A stretch of DNA of 64,000 nt from Paraspadella gotoi (GCA_051294375.1 CM119267.1:15101083-15165082), one strand, 5' to 3'; counted from the stretch's first letter, positions 22,501 through 38,143 are shown. Translations and numbers: made by a program. The notes: a model not told the origin generated them from the letters alone.

Positions 22501-24725
22501 CTTTCNNNNNNNNNNNNNNNNNNNNNNNNNNNNNNNNNNNNNNNNNNNNNNNNNNNNNNNNNNNNNNNNNNNNNNNNNNNNNNNNNNNNNNNNNNNNNNN
22601 NNNNNNNNNNNNNNNNNNNNNNNNNNNNNNNNNNNNNNNNNNNNNNNNNNNNNNNNNNNNNNNNNNNNNNNNNNNNNNNNNNNNNNNNNNNNNNNNNNNN
22701 NNNNNNNNNNNNNNNNNNNNNNNNNNNNNNNNNNNNNNNNNNNNNNNNNNNNNNNNNNNNNNNNNNNNNNNNNNNNNNNNNNNNNNNNNNNNNNNNNNNN
22801 NNNNNNNNNNNNNNNNNNNNNNNNNNNNNNNNNNNNNNNNNNNNNNNNNNNNNNNNNNNNNNNNNNNNNNNNNNNNNNNNNNNNNNNNNNNNNNNNNNNN
22901 NNNNNNNNNNNNNNNNNNNNNNNNNNNNNNNNAAGAAAAGCAGAAAAATAGGTGCGAAAAGAGAAACAAATAAGCGAACGAAAAACGAAGAAAATTAAAA
23001 GAATATCACGGGATTAGGATGAAGACTTAAAAGGAGGAAACGAAAAGAAAGAGAATAAAAAAGGAAAGGAGGAAGAAAAAGCGGATGTAGGAGGAGTGAA
23101 GAGGAGGAGAAATTCTTAAGGATGAGAAAAAGTCTCGAGAAGCCTTGATCCTCGCTGTCGGAGAGAGAGGAGGGGAGGAATAGAGAATGAGGAAGGATTA
23201 GTGGGAGGGAGGAAGGATTAGTGGGAGGAAGGAAGGTAGAAATGAGGAGTGGGAGGGAGGAAATAAAAATAATAAGCTGGAGGAAAGATGGTTGGAAGGT
23301 AAAGGTATTATTAGTTTTTAGAAAAGGAATTCAATCAAAGAGTTTTGAGTGAAAAAGAGACTACGACAACGAGAGAGGGTAAAATATTGAAATGAATCGC
23401 ATTGAATTTAACAATACTTGACCTTGGACCGTATCTTGCTCGTTTAATGTATTCTCTCTTATACTAATATTTAGGATAAAGAGAATGATATTTAAGAAGA
23501 AAAGGTACCTAAGATACAAAGAAGGCTAGAGAAGTGTGGGTTGAGCTTCAACTTGACGAGGAAAGAGGAAGATCAAGAAGGAACAAAAGAAAAACGGGGG
23601 TTTAAGACTTTCGAGACAGAAAAAGCGTTTGCATCGCGAGCGAGAGAGAGAGAGACGGAGAGATAGAGAGAGAGAGACGTAGCGAGAGACGGAGAGTGGG
23701 AGGACAAAAACGCCAAATGTCTGAGAGGAGTTGGACAAGGACGCGCGGAAGGAGGAGGAAGGGGAGGAGGAAGAGGAAAAGGGGAAATGTAGGACGGGGG
23801 CGATAAAATTTTGAGGAGGAGGGGGAGAAGGAGGAAGAGGAGGAGGAGGAGAACGGAGGCGAAGGAGGTCGCGAGGTCAATTCCTTGCAAACGATCCCGG
23901 GACAGAATTTTTCGCGAAGATGGAACCGAAGAAGGACAGAAATCTGCGGCGGAGGAAGGGAAGGAAGGATAGAGATGTGAGACGGACAGATGGAACGCGG
24001 TATGTATGATAAAGAGAGGGAATTGCTATAAGCAATAAGCAAAGGGGTAGCCATATTCTATGGCAAAGGTTGACAGGTAGGGATAGCCATGTACTTACAG
24101 GAAAGGGATGGCCTTATACATACAGGAAGGAATTGAGAAAACTTAATGGTTACCGTATAATTGATAATTAAAAACATGTTTGTTGCCGTCAGCAAATGAA
24201 TGAGAATCTATTTTGAGAATCTATGTATCATTTAACTGGCCGGTTAATGCCTCCAGTCAAAAGTCACTCTTTACCTCGTGAAAAAAAAAGGGAGGCAGCG
24301 GAATCGAACCATGAAACTTTTAAAGCGCAGAGGAAAAATCATCTTCTTTCGTCCGGCCTGTTTAGTACGTCGCTCCAACCCGACACCCGCGACTATTAGC
24401 GGTAATTAGCGCCTTAGCGTCTCTCGGGCGCGAAACCCCTCGGGGTCACGCGGAACGAAATACGGCGCCCGGTACCGCCTCCGCCGGGCCTGGGCTGTCG
24501 GGTCGGGCGCCCGAGCAGGCACGCGGCTTTGGTAAGCCCCCCCCTCCCGGTTTCGCGAACGCCTTATGATAAATCATAAGGCGAAAGCGAGAAAGGGAGT
24601 TTCCGCTACATAGATTCGCGCTACATAAAGCCGCGCTACATTCGTCAGGCGTTCGAAAACCGCGGAACGCTGGACGCCAGAGAGAGTAGAGAGGATGATG
24701 AGAGGGATCATAAGAAGAGAGAGAG

Positions 24726-24759
<34 letters not shown>

Positions 24760-26112
24760 TGAGAGAGAGAGAGCAGAGAGTGCAAAGGTGGGAAAAAATA
24801 CGTTTTTAACGATGAAAGTCATCGGAGACTCCTTAAAACGTTTATGATAAACCGGAAAAATATGGAGTCTCGCGTTGGAAAAATTAAAGGGAAAAACGAA
24901 AAAGGGAAAAAGTAAAAGAAAAATGAAAGGAGCTGCTGCTGGAGCAAGGAAAATATGTAAGAAATGAAAAAAGAAGAAGAACATAAAAAAATTGAGGGGG
25001 GGGGGAAGAGAAGGAAAAGAAAAGAGACCGTTGTTCGTTTTGTGTTCGCCAGAGCGAAAATTTTCTTTTTTTCCTAAAGTGGGCTACTATTTTCCCCGGG
25101 ATGGGAACGTACTCCCTTCTTTAAAGGGTGAAAACATTGATGATTTATAAAGACTGCCATAAGCAGTTGAACTAAATAAGAGTATTTTATATTTTAAAAC
25201 TACTTCCTGGATATAAGTTTATACAACCTTTTTTCTATAGGTTTGCCAAATTTGTATATGTTAAATTAGTAAAAGTATAACGTTAGTTAAAACTTATTTT
25301 TATCGTACGTTACTATAACTAGTAAGAACCAGACGTTTATATAAAAAAAAAGCGAGATAAAAAGAGAAACGAAATTCGGTGCCAAAGATCGTCATATCTC
25401 GACTGACACGCCCTCTCCACGCGCCCCTCAGCGCCGCAAATAAAGCGTCACTCAAACGGAAACCCAGGGCGGCGCGGCGCGGCGCGGGCCGCCCTCAGAT
25501 TTTTGATGCCCACAGACGCGGGTCACCGGTTGTCTCTCGCCCCGGAGACCCGCGGGGGACGCCCCGGAGCCCGGGCGGGCGCGGCCCAGTCCCCGGACGG
25601 GGTTAATGGTTTTCGAGTGGGTAGAATGGCCGGGGTGGCGAGAGTTGTGAATGGTAGAAAATGGTTTTTGGAAAAGCTGGTGGTGAAGGCCAGGAGAATA
25701 TATATCTTCGAGTACGATAGTCTATACTATGATTACTATGACATAACAATCTTTCATGAAACATTTTTATTTCATTTTTAGGCAACCGACAATACCAAAT
25801 TGAGTTAATTTTGGTAGTCAGTGTTTCTCAGAACTTGTATAAAAATTGGGTTTTAATAATAGTTTGGCCTTTGGGTGCAATGCGAGGGTGAAATATTGGA
25901 CGTCGTAGTCAATTAGCGTTGTGATTTTTTGCTTTATTTCTTTTTTCTTTACTTTATTATTATTTCATTATCTATGTACTTTAGCACATCTGGCTAATGG
26001 ATAAAACAATTAATGAGACAGTGATGTCGGCGCGACAATGTTTTTCGTCTTTTAGTAACCGTATTTGATAAATTGATAAAAAGGCAATTCAACAATTTAC
26101 ACAAAAGAGAGC

Positions 26113-26176
<64 letters not shown>

Positions 26177-27799
26177 CATGCTTTTTATCCTTAAATCCTG
26201 GAACACATGCAAAGGGACGTTTTCTGATTTGGTCACACATCACACTGGCGCAACTGAACTTTTTTTTGTGATACAGAGCATTACAAAAATAGGAAATACA
26301 CGGTGGTGCATAAATTGAGTCAGGTGGCACGATGATATAAAAAAACAAATTTATTTCATTCAACGAATTAGTCCTTGAAAAAAAAAGAAAAACCCCCAAA
26401 TCGGTGCCGAGCCCAGGATGATATTTCTGATCGTCGGCTCAACTTATGCGTCTGTTTGTATATATACGATGAAAATCTCAATAATAACAGTTTACATTTA
26501 CATAACAATGAACTTATAACAAGGACGTTCGACATCTTTTATATTGTACAAAAAAAAAAACTTCGTGTCGATGAAAATTATTGGGTGGAACAATAACTTT
26601 GTTCCGTCGTGTCGGTAGATGGTTTACGAAAATCTGCCCCCCAAAAAAATATCAACTTAATTAACTAAATCTTCATTCGTCATACTTTTAGTTTAATCTC
26701 AGACCGACGCCTAAATATTCGCCCGATTTCGCAAAGCCGCTTTTTACTTTGCCCGCTTCAATTTAATATTAACAAAATATTATTTCACTACTAAATTCTA
26801 AACTGTCTAAAAATTTTGTTATCGAAGTCACGGAGTGTACAAAGAAATTAATGAGAAATATATTTTAGTTTAACTAATCCACCCTGTCTGTTTAAAATTG
26901 CGGTCAACGTCTTCACTGAAAGAATCGGGGAAGAGGTATGACGAAGAAAAGAGAAATCGGGGCAGCAAAGGGAAAAGCGATAAAAGATCGATCAGAATAA
27001 TGGCCTCAACTAGATGGGGTGGGAAAAGGGTCAAAACGAGTACAAGCGATCGAAATGGACTCCCGTCGTTTAAAAGAAATATCTGAAAGAAAGAGAATAA
27101 GAAAAAGAAAAAGAATAAGATAGGGACAGAGAGGTTAGACTGGGTAGAGGCATAGGATCTAAAATTAAATATTCAGAAAAGAGATGAAAGAAGTCGAGAC
27201 TGAAATTAAAACTGCGGAGCTCACAATAAGACAGGGAGAGATCCTTTACTAAAACCTTTGAAGGGGGAAACACTTCTGAAACGTCAACCGCTCCAGAATG
27301 GAACCATGACCCGAATAAATATAAAGATAAAAGAAAAAATGGCGGACAAAGCAGACAAGCGGCTTACGCGTCATGGGTAAAACGTTGGCGAACTTCATGG
27401 AAACGGAAAATGTAAATCACAACGCTGCCCATAAAAATACAGTGCTACCGCTTAAAAACTAGAGTTACATTTAAGATAAAATAAGAAGGAATGGAAACGG
27501 AAAAAAAAATATGCCTCAATATGAGCATCGAAGAAAAAAAATGTATCACTGAAAAATTAAATCATATTCACTGCCAAAAAAAAAACCGCACGAATTCGAT
27601 TGTGAGAAAAGATGATTGAGACGCGAAAACCTCGACTAAAACCCAAACAAAATCAACACTGAAATCTGTGTTGTCATGGTTGTTTGTTTTTTTCGTAAAG
27701 TCAATTAACTTTTTGTTAAGTTTATCATCTAGTTTTGTTTTTCGTCGGTCAATTGAAGTCTTTTCGACTAGGTTCTGCCCCCCATTTCCCGTTCAGTCT

Positions 27800-29723
27800 T
27801 CAATCGGTGCACTGATTCCCGTCCCTGATCTTCACCGCGCCCATCCTGTCCATGTCCGGCGGCCATTGCAAGACGTTGCCGCGAGTCACGGCGGAGATGC
27901 AAGGGTCTGCAATGAGCCTCACGGCCTCCATCGTCATCGCGTAGTTCCAGATGGAGACCCCCGTCATCTCTCCGACGAAGCTCTGGGCGCCAACGAACTT
28001 CCCGCCCGGCTTCTCCTTGTCCTGACCCAGAAAAGACGCGGAGGTCCCGAAAAACATGAGGCCGCCCACCGGGATCTCCGTCTTGGGCCGGAGTCCCTGA
28101 CCAGCGTCGACGGGGTTTCCGTCCACGTAGAAGGCCCAGGTGCCTGAGACGGCGCGCCACGTGAGGGCGAAGTGGTGCCATTGATTCTGGATGGAGTAGG
28201 GAAGGGTCACTTTTTTGGCGTCGCCGCCGAGGTCGACCTGCGCGAGGATAATGAGAAAAAAAAAAAGATGATCGTGATAATGATATGAAGAAGAATCAGG
28301 AAAAAAAATTTCAAATCAATCAACCGACCTGCATCTGGTTGTCGCTGATCTGCGCCAACCCTCTTGCCCCTATCATAACGATGTCGTCCTTCTTCCCCAT
28401 GGAGTAGCTCAACACGGTCCCCAAGCGCCTCGTCCGCGTCTTGACCCAAAACGCAAGCGTGATCTGACTCAAGTTTCTCTTCCCCGTCAGGGGGTTCAAG
28501 ACGCGGGCGAAATCCGAGGCGCTCTTTCCCTCGAAGACCAACTTGGTCGAATCGTCTCTCGCGGACCTCGACGGCGACTTGGAGTCCTTAGCTTTGCTCG
28601 ACGACGAAGACGACGACGAAGACGACGACGACGAAGATCCTCCAGACGTGGTGGCGTCCACCACCTGCTGCAGCTTCCCCATCTCCTCCTGCAGCTCTTG
28701 CACGAGTTTGGAGTAGTCCATCAGCAGGTTGTTGTACATCTCCGCGTTGTGCGCCTTAATGCTCTGGATGACGGTGCGGAGCTTGCCGTCCTGGACGGCG
28801 ATCGTCTCCATCTTTGAGGAGAGGGTGGAGCGATATTGTGACGTCTCGTACTGGAGCAGTTGGAAGCGGCGGGAGAGGTTGTGGACGTGGGTCTCCATCT
28901 CGGCGAGGACGATCTTATTCGTGTCGGATTCCACCTGAAATAAAGGGGGGAATGTTGCTGAGGCTTTGTAAAAAAGGTTGAAAATAACTTTTATGAAAAA
29001 TCAGATGCAAAACAACGTCAAAACTATGGCAATTCTAAATCCCGAATATTTTAATAACTAGTTATTTATATATCTATTGCTAACATTTGTTTGTATGTAC
29101 AGTACATTTATTATAATTGCAATGACAAAACGTCCACTTTTCACCTGAAACTTGTAAGTCCTGACGACGAGATAGAGCAAGATGGCCGTCACGGCGGCGA
29201 TGATGACGAAGTTGACGACGATCATTCGCGTGAGTCCAACGAACTTCTTGGCACCTCGCTTTCGGTTGGAGGAAGGTCCCTCGGCGCAGCCGTAGACCGA
29301 TTTGAACTCGTAGGAGGAAGTGGGCGTGGAGGAGAGCGAGTTGGAGATGGGGTTCTTCATGAGGGTGCTGAGATTGTTCGGGGGGCCGCCCAGTCCCATG
29401 CCTCCGCCGCCGGACGTCGGGCCGCCCCCCATTGGGTCTGGAGGCAACGGCCGGGAGCGGAGATGAGGAGGCAGAGCGCGCATGCCGCGGTAGGGCGTCA
29501 CGTCGGCCTCGGCGTAGGTGGCGTTGCCGGAACAGCCGCCGGAACTACCGCCCCCGCCGTTGGAGCAGCCTCCGCCGCAGCCGGCGACGCAGACGCCGAC
29601 ACCGCCGTTGAGGCGCGCGCCGGAAATGGTCTCGGATCCCTGGTTCGGCGCCAAACCGGAAATGCGGCGAAGATCGAGCTGTGAATGGCTGCGGGAACTG
29701 TACTTCCGGTTCGGCAGAACCAT
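27800..29723 (-). CDS. Type II membrane coiled-coil + pentraxin-domain protein (neuronal pentraxin receptor-like architecture), 3 exons, ~540 aa
   Basis: Exon 29723-29145 encodes a Gly/Pro-rich tail, basic RKRGAKK and TM MIVVNFVIIAAVTAILLYLVV. Exon 28934-28329 encodes a heptad-like stalk, poly-Ser and ITLAFWVKT...GTVLSYS. Exon 28237-27800 encodes QWHHFALTW..GTWAFYVDG..LGQDKEKPGGKF..QSFVGEMTGVSIWN..GNVLQW. Both introns are GT-AG, phase 0. Confidence 0.9.
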
Positions 29724-30617
29724 GCTGACGAGGATGAGTGGAGGGGAGGGGAGGGAGGATTGGGAAGAGGGGTGGGGTGGAGGAAGAGGAGGAAGAGATC
29801 GACGAAGGAAGCGAGAGGAAACGCTCGTCGCTTTGCCCGACCTTCGAAGGGCAAATCTCGCGGTTCGGGCTTAACAACTTCTCTTTCTCCTCCTTATTTT
29901 TCTTTTTTTTTTCTCTATTTTTTTTTCTCTTTCTTTTTTCGTTAAAAACGAAAGCCGAGAGGATTAAACGCTGACGCCCGCACGTAGACCGTGATCCGCC
30001 GCGGTTAAGGTCGACCTCGTGGCGTCGGCAGCGGCGTCGGCAGCGGCGTCAGCGGCGGCGGCAGCGGCGGCCGAGAACGACGACGGAAGATGGCGAATGA
30101 AGGTGAGGCCGGTTTTAATGGTTATGTCATGGCTTTTTTTTCGGCGGGTAAGGTCGAAACGTCGACGTCGTTGGCCGAAAGAGAGAGTTAAAAGAGAGCG
30201 AGACTTTAACGAATCGCTGCGGCGCATGCGCGGGTTTTTTCCGACGGACGGAAGGATCGGGGTCTACGTCGTCGTCGTCGTCGTCTTCATCGTCGCACGA
30301 GCAACGTCCGAGTGGAGGTAAGGTAGAAGGTGACGCGAGGATGGTGAGTCGAAATAAATAAACATCTGAAAAAAAAGAAGAAGAATTATATATTAATAAA
30401 TATTCAATTGTAATAATATTAATATGCTATAGATTGTAAACTTTTTCCTGAGAGGGAAAAAGGAGAATGCTTCCTTTTAAAGTAACAAAAGAAAAAACGA
30501 TCAAGGAAACGACATGGAAAAAAAGGAGAGGAAAATAAGAAAAGATGACTGAACAGATAAAAAGGATATTTTTATTTTTTTATTCGACGATAGAGAAAAC
30601 GAGAGGCCAGTAGGAGC

Positions 30618-30663
<46 letters not shown>

Positions 30664-30685
30664 AGAGCAGAGAGAGAAAAGAGAG

Positions 30686-30734
<49 letters not shown>

Positions 30735-31603
30735 GATGCTCAGCGAAAAAACGTGTAAAACCGTACGGTTGCTAAGCCTCGCCTTTTTTCTCTTTCTTTT
30801 TCTCGAGCCGCCATTTTCTTCGATGTCCTTTTGTTTACATTTTTTTTTTTCGTCTTCTTTTTTCAACTCGACTATTATTTCGTCAGTTTTTTTCGCCGTT
30901 TTCTCCTCCATTTCTCTGTTCAGTATTATTTATCACGGGCGTTTAGCACAACGGAAACCCCTTTTCTCTTTTGTTTCCCTCCGCCCCCCCGCCCCCCCTT
31001 CTCCGCGAATAAATGATATCGAGCGACATAAAATACGGATAAAGAAAGTTTCTAGGGAAATTTTTTTCTCTCTCGCACTTCCCAATGGCTCGATTCTCTG
31101 CTCTCTTTCCTCTCTCTCTCTCTCTCCTCTCTCTCAATCTCTCTCATCTCTCCCTCTCTCTCTCTCTGCTTCTCTCATCTCTCTCTCTCTCTCTCTTGCT
31201 CTCTCCTCTCTCCTCCATTCTGTTCATTCGACCCGAAATTGGAAAAGTCTGTTGATAACGGCCCAACGATGGCTGCCCCGTTCATCACCCGGAAAAAGCG
31301 GCGGGGACAGAAAACCCCGGCGAGAGATTGGCGACGCCCGGGACCCGAGGAACGACGCCGGCGACGCCGAGATTCGAGGAACGACGCCGCGACGCCGAGA
31401 CGGCGACGAAGGCGAGGCATTCGGCGCCGGGATCTGAACGAACCGCGTCGGTCGCCGGATCCAATGAAGGTGCGGCTCATGGATTTCCGAAGTCGTTCCA
31501 ACCATTTTCGCATCAAAGTCTCTCTCTCTCTGTCTCTGTTTCTCTCCTCTCTCTCTCCTCATCTCTACCCTCTCTCTCTCTCTCTCTCTTTCTCTCTTCT
31601 TCT

Positions 31604-31642
<39 letters not shown>

Positions 31643-31784
31643 CTTCTTCTCTCTCTCTCTCTCTCTCTCTCGTCTCTCATCTCTCTCTCTCTCGCTCTAA
31701 ACCGAACGAGCTCGACCCTCGCCAAACGGAAACTCAGCGGCGACGCATCCGACTAGCACTACGCGTCATTTCCACGCCCAACAA

Positions 31785-31866
<82 letters not shown>

Positions 31867-32591
31867 TCCTCTCTCTCTCTCTCGCTCGTAATGACGTCGA
31901 AACTATCCCCGACTCTGCTGACCTTTTCCTTTCGAAATCCTCTCAAGATAAACCCACTCCGGACGGGCGTCGAATGACCGGATTTGCACTTACCCTTTTC
32001 CGACTTAATCCTTTCCCATTCCGACCATTAGAATGACCGTTTAAAACTTACCTTGTTTCCAAACTCTCATCTTGGTAAATTTCGTGAATGCCCATCCTTT
32101 AGGCTTTTTAGGTTTAATCTGTGCAGCGTTTATCAACATTTCATTTTCCTTCTCTCTCTTCATTTCATCCCTAACTTATCCCTAACCTTACCCACCGACC
32201 CGAAAACCCCGAATGACTGCCTTTATCCCTGTTGGGAATTTTAATGGAACGAGGGACACTTTCGCTAATGAATCGATTCTCTGCCCCTCATTACTTTCCC
32301 CCATTTTTTTCCTTACCTACGACATTGCCGTCGACGGACGACGACAGCGAAGACGACGACGACAACTTTTTATGGATTCGAATCTACGCGGGTTTTCGCT
32401 TATTCATGGGGAGTTCATTAATGATTGGATTCTGCCTCTTTATCAAAATTCACAATATAAATTGTTTTTTTTTTTTATATTCTAGCTGGAAGAAAATGAG
32501 AAAGGAAGGATTTAGAGAAGAGAAAAAAGAATAAATGAAAAAAAGGAAAGGAAAAAAAGAAAGAAAGGAAAGAAAGGAAGAAAGAAAAAAA

Positions 32592-32632
<41 letters not shown>

Positions 32633-32797
32633 AAAGAAAGAAAGAAACGAAAGAAAGAAAAAAGTAAGATAGTTGTTCAATAGTGGCTGTTCCTCTCTAA
32701 CGCCTGTCCAAGACCTACCGCCGGCTTTGGGCGCGAGAGCCGAAGGAGGAAAGAAATAAATCGAATAAAACCGGATCTTATCGAATGAGCGAGAGAG

Positions 32798-32841
<44 letters not shown>

Positions 32842-34618
32842 GAGAGACGAGAGAGAGCGAGAGAGAGAGCAGAGACGAGAGAGAGAGAGAGGGCTCTTCG
32901 TCGTCCAGGTGATCCATAAAATCGGAAATGACGCGATTTCGGGAGAAAATTCCAACCGAAAAAAAAGAGTTTTAGGAGTTTTTGGGATGTGAAAGAAAAA
33001 GTGGCCGTTGGTTTAAGAGACGTCTCGTCGTCTCACAGAAAAGACGCGTGTGAAAAGTGGCCACTCAAATTGGGTTTTTTAAAAGTCGAAATTATACTAA
33101 GCATAAACGTTCTCTTCAATGAGAGTTTTTGTTATGAAAGTCACAAGACTATTTTTATTTGTCTTTATATTAATTCCCTGAAAAAATTGTATCAATATCG
33201 TTCAATACGACATAAAATGTCCTCATAACAAATATTTATCTTTACTCCATAATGTAAGTTTTTATACTTCGCCTCTTGTATCTTAAAAAGTTTCTTCCTG
33301 GAAATTTCCGCGTCACAAAGTTAAATCTCCGACGAGGCGCGCATAAAAGGAAAAGCGGTTTAATCTTTGAGAGAAAGAACATTTTTTACCCTGAATACGG
33401 AACGAAAAAAAAAAACCCGCCCAAGTAGCGACTTTTGCATATTATTCGCAGTTGCGGCGCAATTCACGCTCTTCGCGTCGCCTGTAATTAAGAGGCGATT
33501 CCGAGAAAATATGTACGAAAAGAAAAATTAAAAAAAGGAAAGAAACTGGAGATATTGGCCGAGAAAGGAAAAGTACTATCCGCCGGGATTCGTTGGGCCG
33601 AGCGCCGAGAATCTCGCCGAGAGAGAGAGAAAGAGAGAAGGAGAGAGAGAGAGACACAGGGAGTAAATTTATTGTCGGAAGAAAACGTTTTCGCCGCCTT
33701 CGCGGTCGCCAGGGGAGATCGACGAGAGAGAGAGAGAGAGGAGAGACAGAGAGAGATGGAGAGAACGAGAGAGAGAGAGAGAGAGAAGAAGAAAACAAAA
33801 TTAAAACGGTGGCTTTTGTTTTTTGTTTTATTTTTGTTTATATTGTTTTAAGGAGTGGCGGGTGGTTGTCGTGTATATTAAGCGAAAGTCGCTGGATTGA
33901 GCAACAACAACAACAACAACCAAAATAACAACAACCTCAACGAAATACATCAAATAATGCAGACTCCATTACTTCCTTGATCGAGACAATAGTCAATGTT
34001 AAAATTCTGACAACGTCACTTACTTCGATTTTAGAAAACCTCACATGAATCTTTCTCAAAAAAGAACAACACCGGTTTTCTTCGATGGTAAACCAGTGGT
34101 TATTTGTAAGCTCTATTTTCGTATATGTCTTTGTTTCTCTAAGTTCTCTTACCTCTCTCTAAGGTCTCTCTCTCTTTCTTTGTGACAAGCTGAGAATATT
34201 CTCAGTTTCTTGGCTTTGTTATCACACGCTCTCTCTCTTTCATCTTTCTCTTTTCTTCCATTCCTGCTCCCTCTTCTCTCCTGCCCTCTCCCTCCAGCGT
34301 CTTCCCTCCCGCGGGCAAAATTTAGATCCTCGAATTCCATCTTTCTTTTCTCCTTTCATTTCGGTTTCGGAGAAAGGAAAGAGGAGAGAGAAAGAGAGAA
34401 AGAGAGAAGAAAAGAAATTGGTGTATGTGAAAGATTATTAGGGTGGAACGCGCCTTTACATCAAGCCAAAGGGGAGAGGCCGGCGTCCATTGAAAAGAAA
34501 ATTCGTCAGTTTTCATAGAAGTACGTTAAATCAAAACATGACTTTCTTTTTTTTTCTCTCTCTCTCTTTTCTTTTCTCTACTGGCTCATATGAGCTAGAG
34601 AGAGAGAGAGAGAGAGAG

Positions 34619-34659
<41 letters not shown>

Positions 34660-35218
34660 CAAGCACCCTTTCGTACTAACACCATACAAAAAGGCCTCCT
34701 TTCGCGATATCGGGTTATCATTAGCACAAAAAAGAGAGAGGAGGCCGGAAATTCTAAAGAAGGCTCATCAATTATCTGCTTATCAACTGGTTCTTCCGTC
34801 AAGTGAGAGGGATGTTACCCCCTCCCCCTACCCAGGGTCATTTTTTTTTCTCCGCCTCCTCCTTCCTCTCTTTTTTCTATACTCGCCTGCCTCTCCATCC
34901 CATCCCGATGCCATTCTCCCGATGCCCATTTCTCCCGATCACATTTTCCGTCCTCCAACACCGAATGCGCTCGACGCCGAGAATTTCCGGCTTCGATCGA
35001 ATCGTTTCCCGGCGCCGGGGAATCGGGGATGCATCCTCGGAGCCGTTGGCTAATGAATGGCAGTGGCGCCATCTTGGTGCCGGAGTGCACTAATCTGCCA
35101 ATGTAGCGAAAAAAACACATTTTGGCATCGAGTCGGTTTTTAGAAAACTTGAAATATCATCATTTTTCCTGATTTCGATATATCACATTGTAANNNNNNN
35201 NNNNNNNNNNNNNNNNNN

Positions 35219-37142
<1,924 letters not shown>

Positions 37143-38075
37143 ATAAGAGTATTTTATATTTTAAAACTACTTCCTGGATATAAGTTTATACAACCTTTTT
37201 TCTATAGGTTTGCCAAATTTGTATATGTTAAATTAGTAAAAGTATAACGTTAGTTAAAACTTATTTTATCGTACGTTACTATAACTAGTAAGAACCAGAC
37301 GTTTATATAAAAAAAAAGCGAGATAAAAAGAGAACGAAATTCGGTGCCAAAGATCGTCATATCTCGACTGACACGCCCTCTCCACGCGCCCTCAGCGCCG
37401 CAAATAAAGCGTCACTCAAACGGAAACCCAGGGCGGCGCGGCGGCGGCGCGGGCCGCCCTCAGATTTTTGATGCCACAGACGCGGGTCACCGGTTGTCTC
37501 TCGCCCCGGAGACCCGCGGGGACGCCCCGGAGCCCGGGCGGGCGCGGCCCAGTCCCCGGACGGGGTTAATGGTTTTCGAGTGGGTAGAATGGCCGGGGTG
37601 GCGAGAGTTGTGAATGGTAGAAAATGGTTTTTGGAAAAGCTGGTGGTGAAGGCCGGAGAATATATATCTTCGAGTACGATAGTCTATACTATGATTACTA
37701 ATGACATAACAATCTTCATGAAACATTTTTATTTCATTTTTTAGGCAACCGACAATACCAAATTGAGTTAATTTTGGTAGTCAGTGTTTCTCAGAACTTG
37801 TATAAAAATTGGGTTTTTAATAATAGTTTGGCCTTTGGGTGCAATGCGAGGGTGAAATATTGGACGTCGTAGTCAATTAGCGTTGTGATTTTTTGCTCTT
37901 ATTTCTTTTTTCTTTACTTTATTATTATTTCATTATCTATGTACTTTAGCACATCTGGCTAATGGATAAAACAATTAATGAGACAGTGATGTCGGCGCGA
38001 CAATGTTTTCGTCTTTTAGTAACCGTATTTGATAATTGATAAAAAGGCAATTCAACAATTTACACAAAAGAGAGC

Positions 38076-38143
<68 letters not shown>

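Noticed and set aside
22128-22973. Long ORFs (209-281 aa)
   Set aside because: Open only because they span a 427-N gap.
24285-24370. tRNA gene
   Set aside because: B-box only; acceptor, D and anticodon stems cannot be formed.
32168-32195. CCCTAAC motifs as telomeric repeat
   Set aside because: Only two non-contiguous units.
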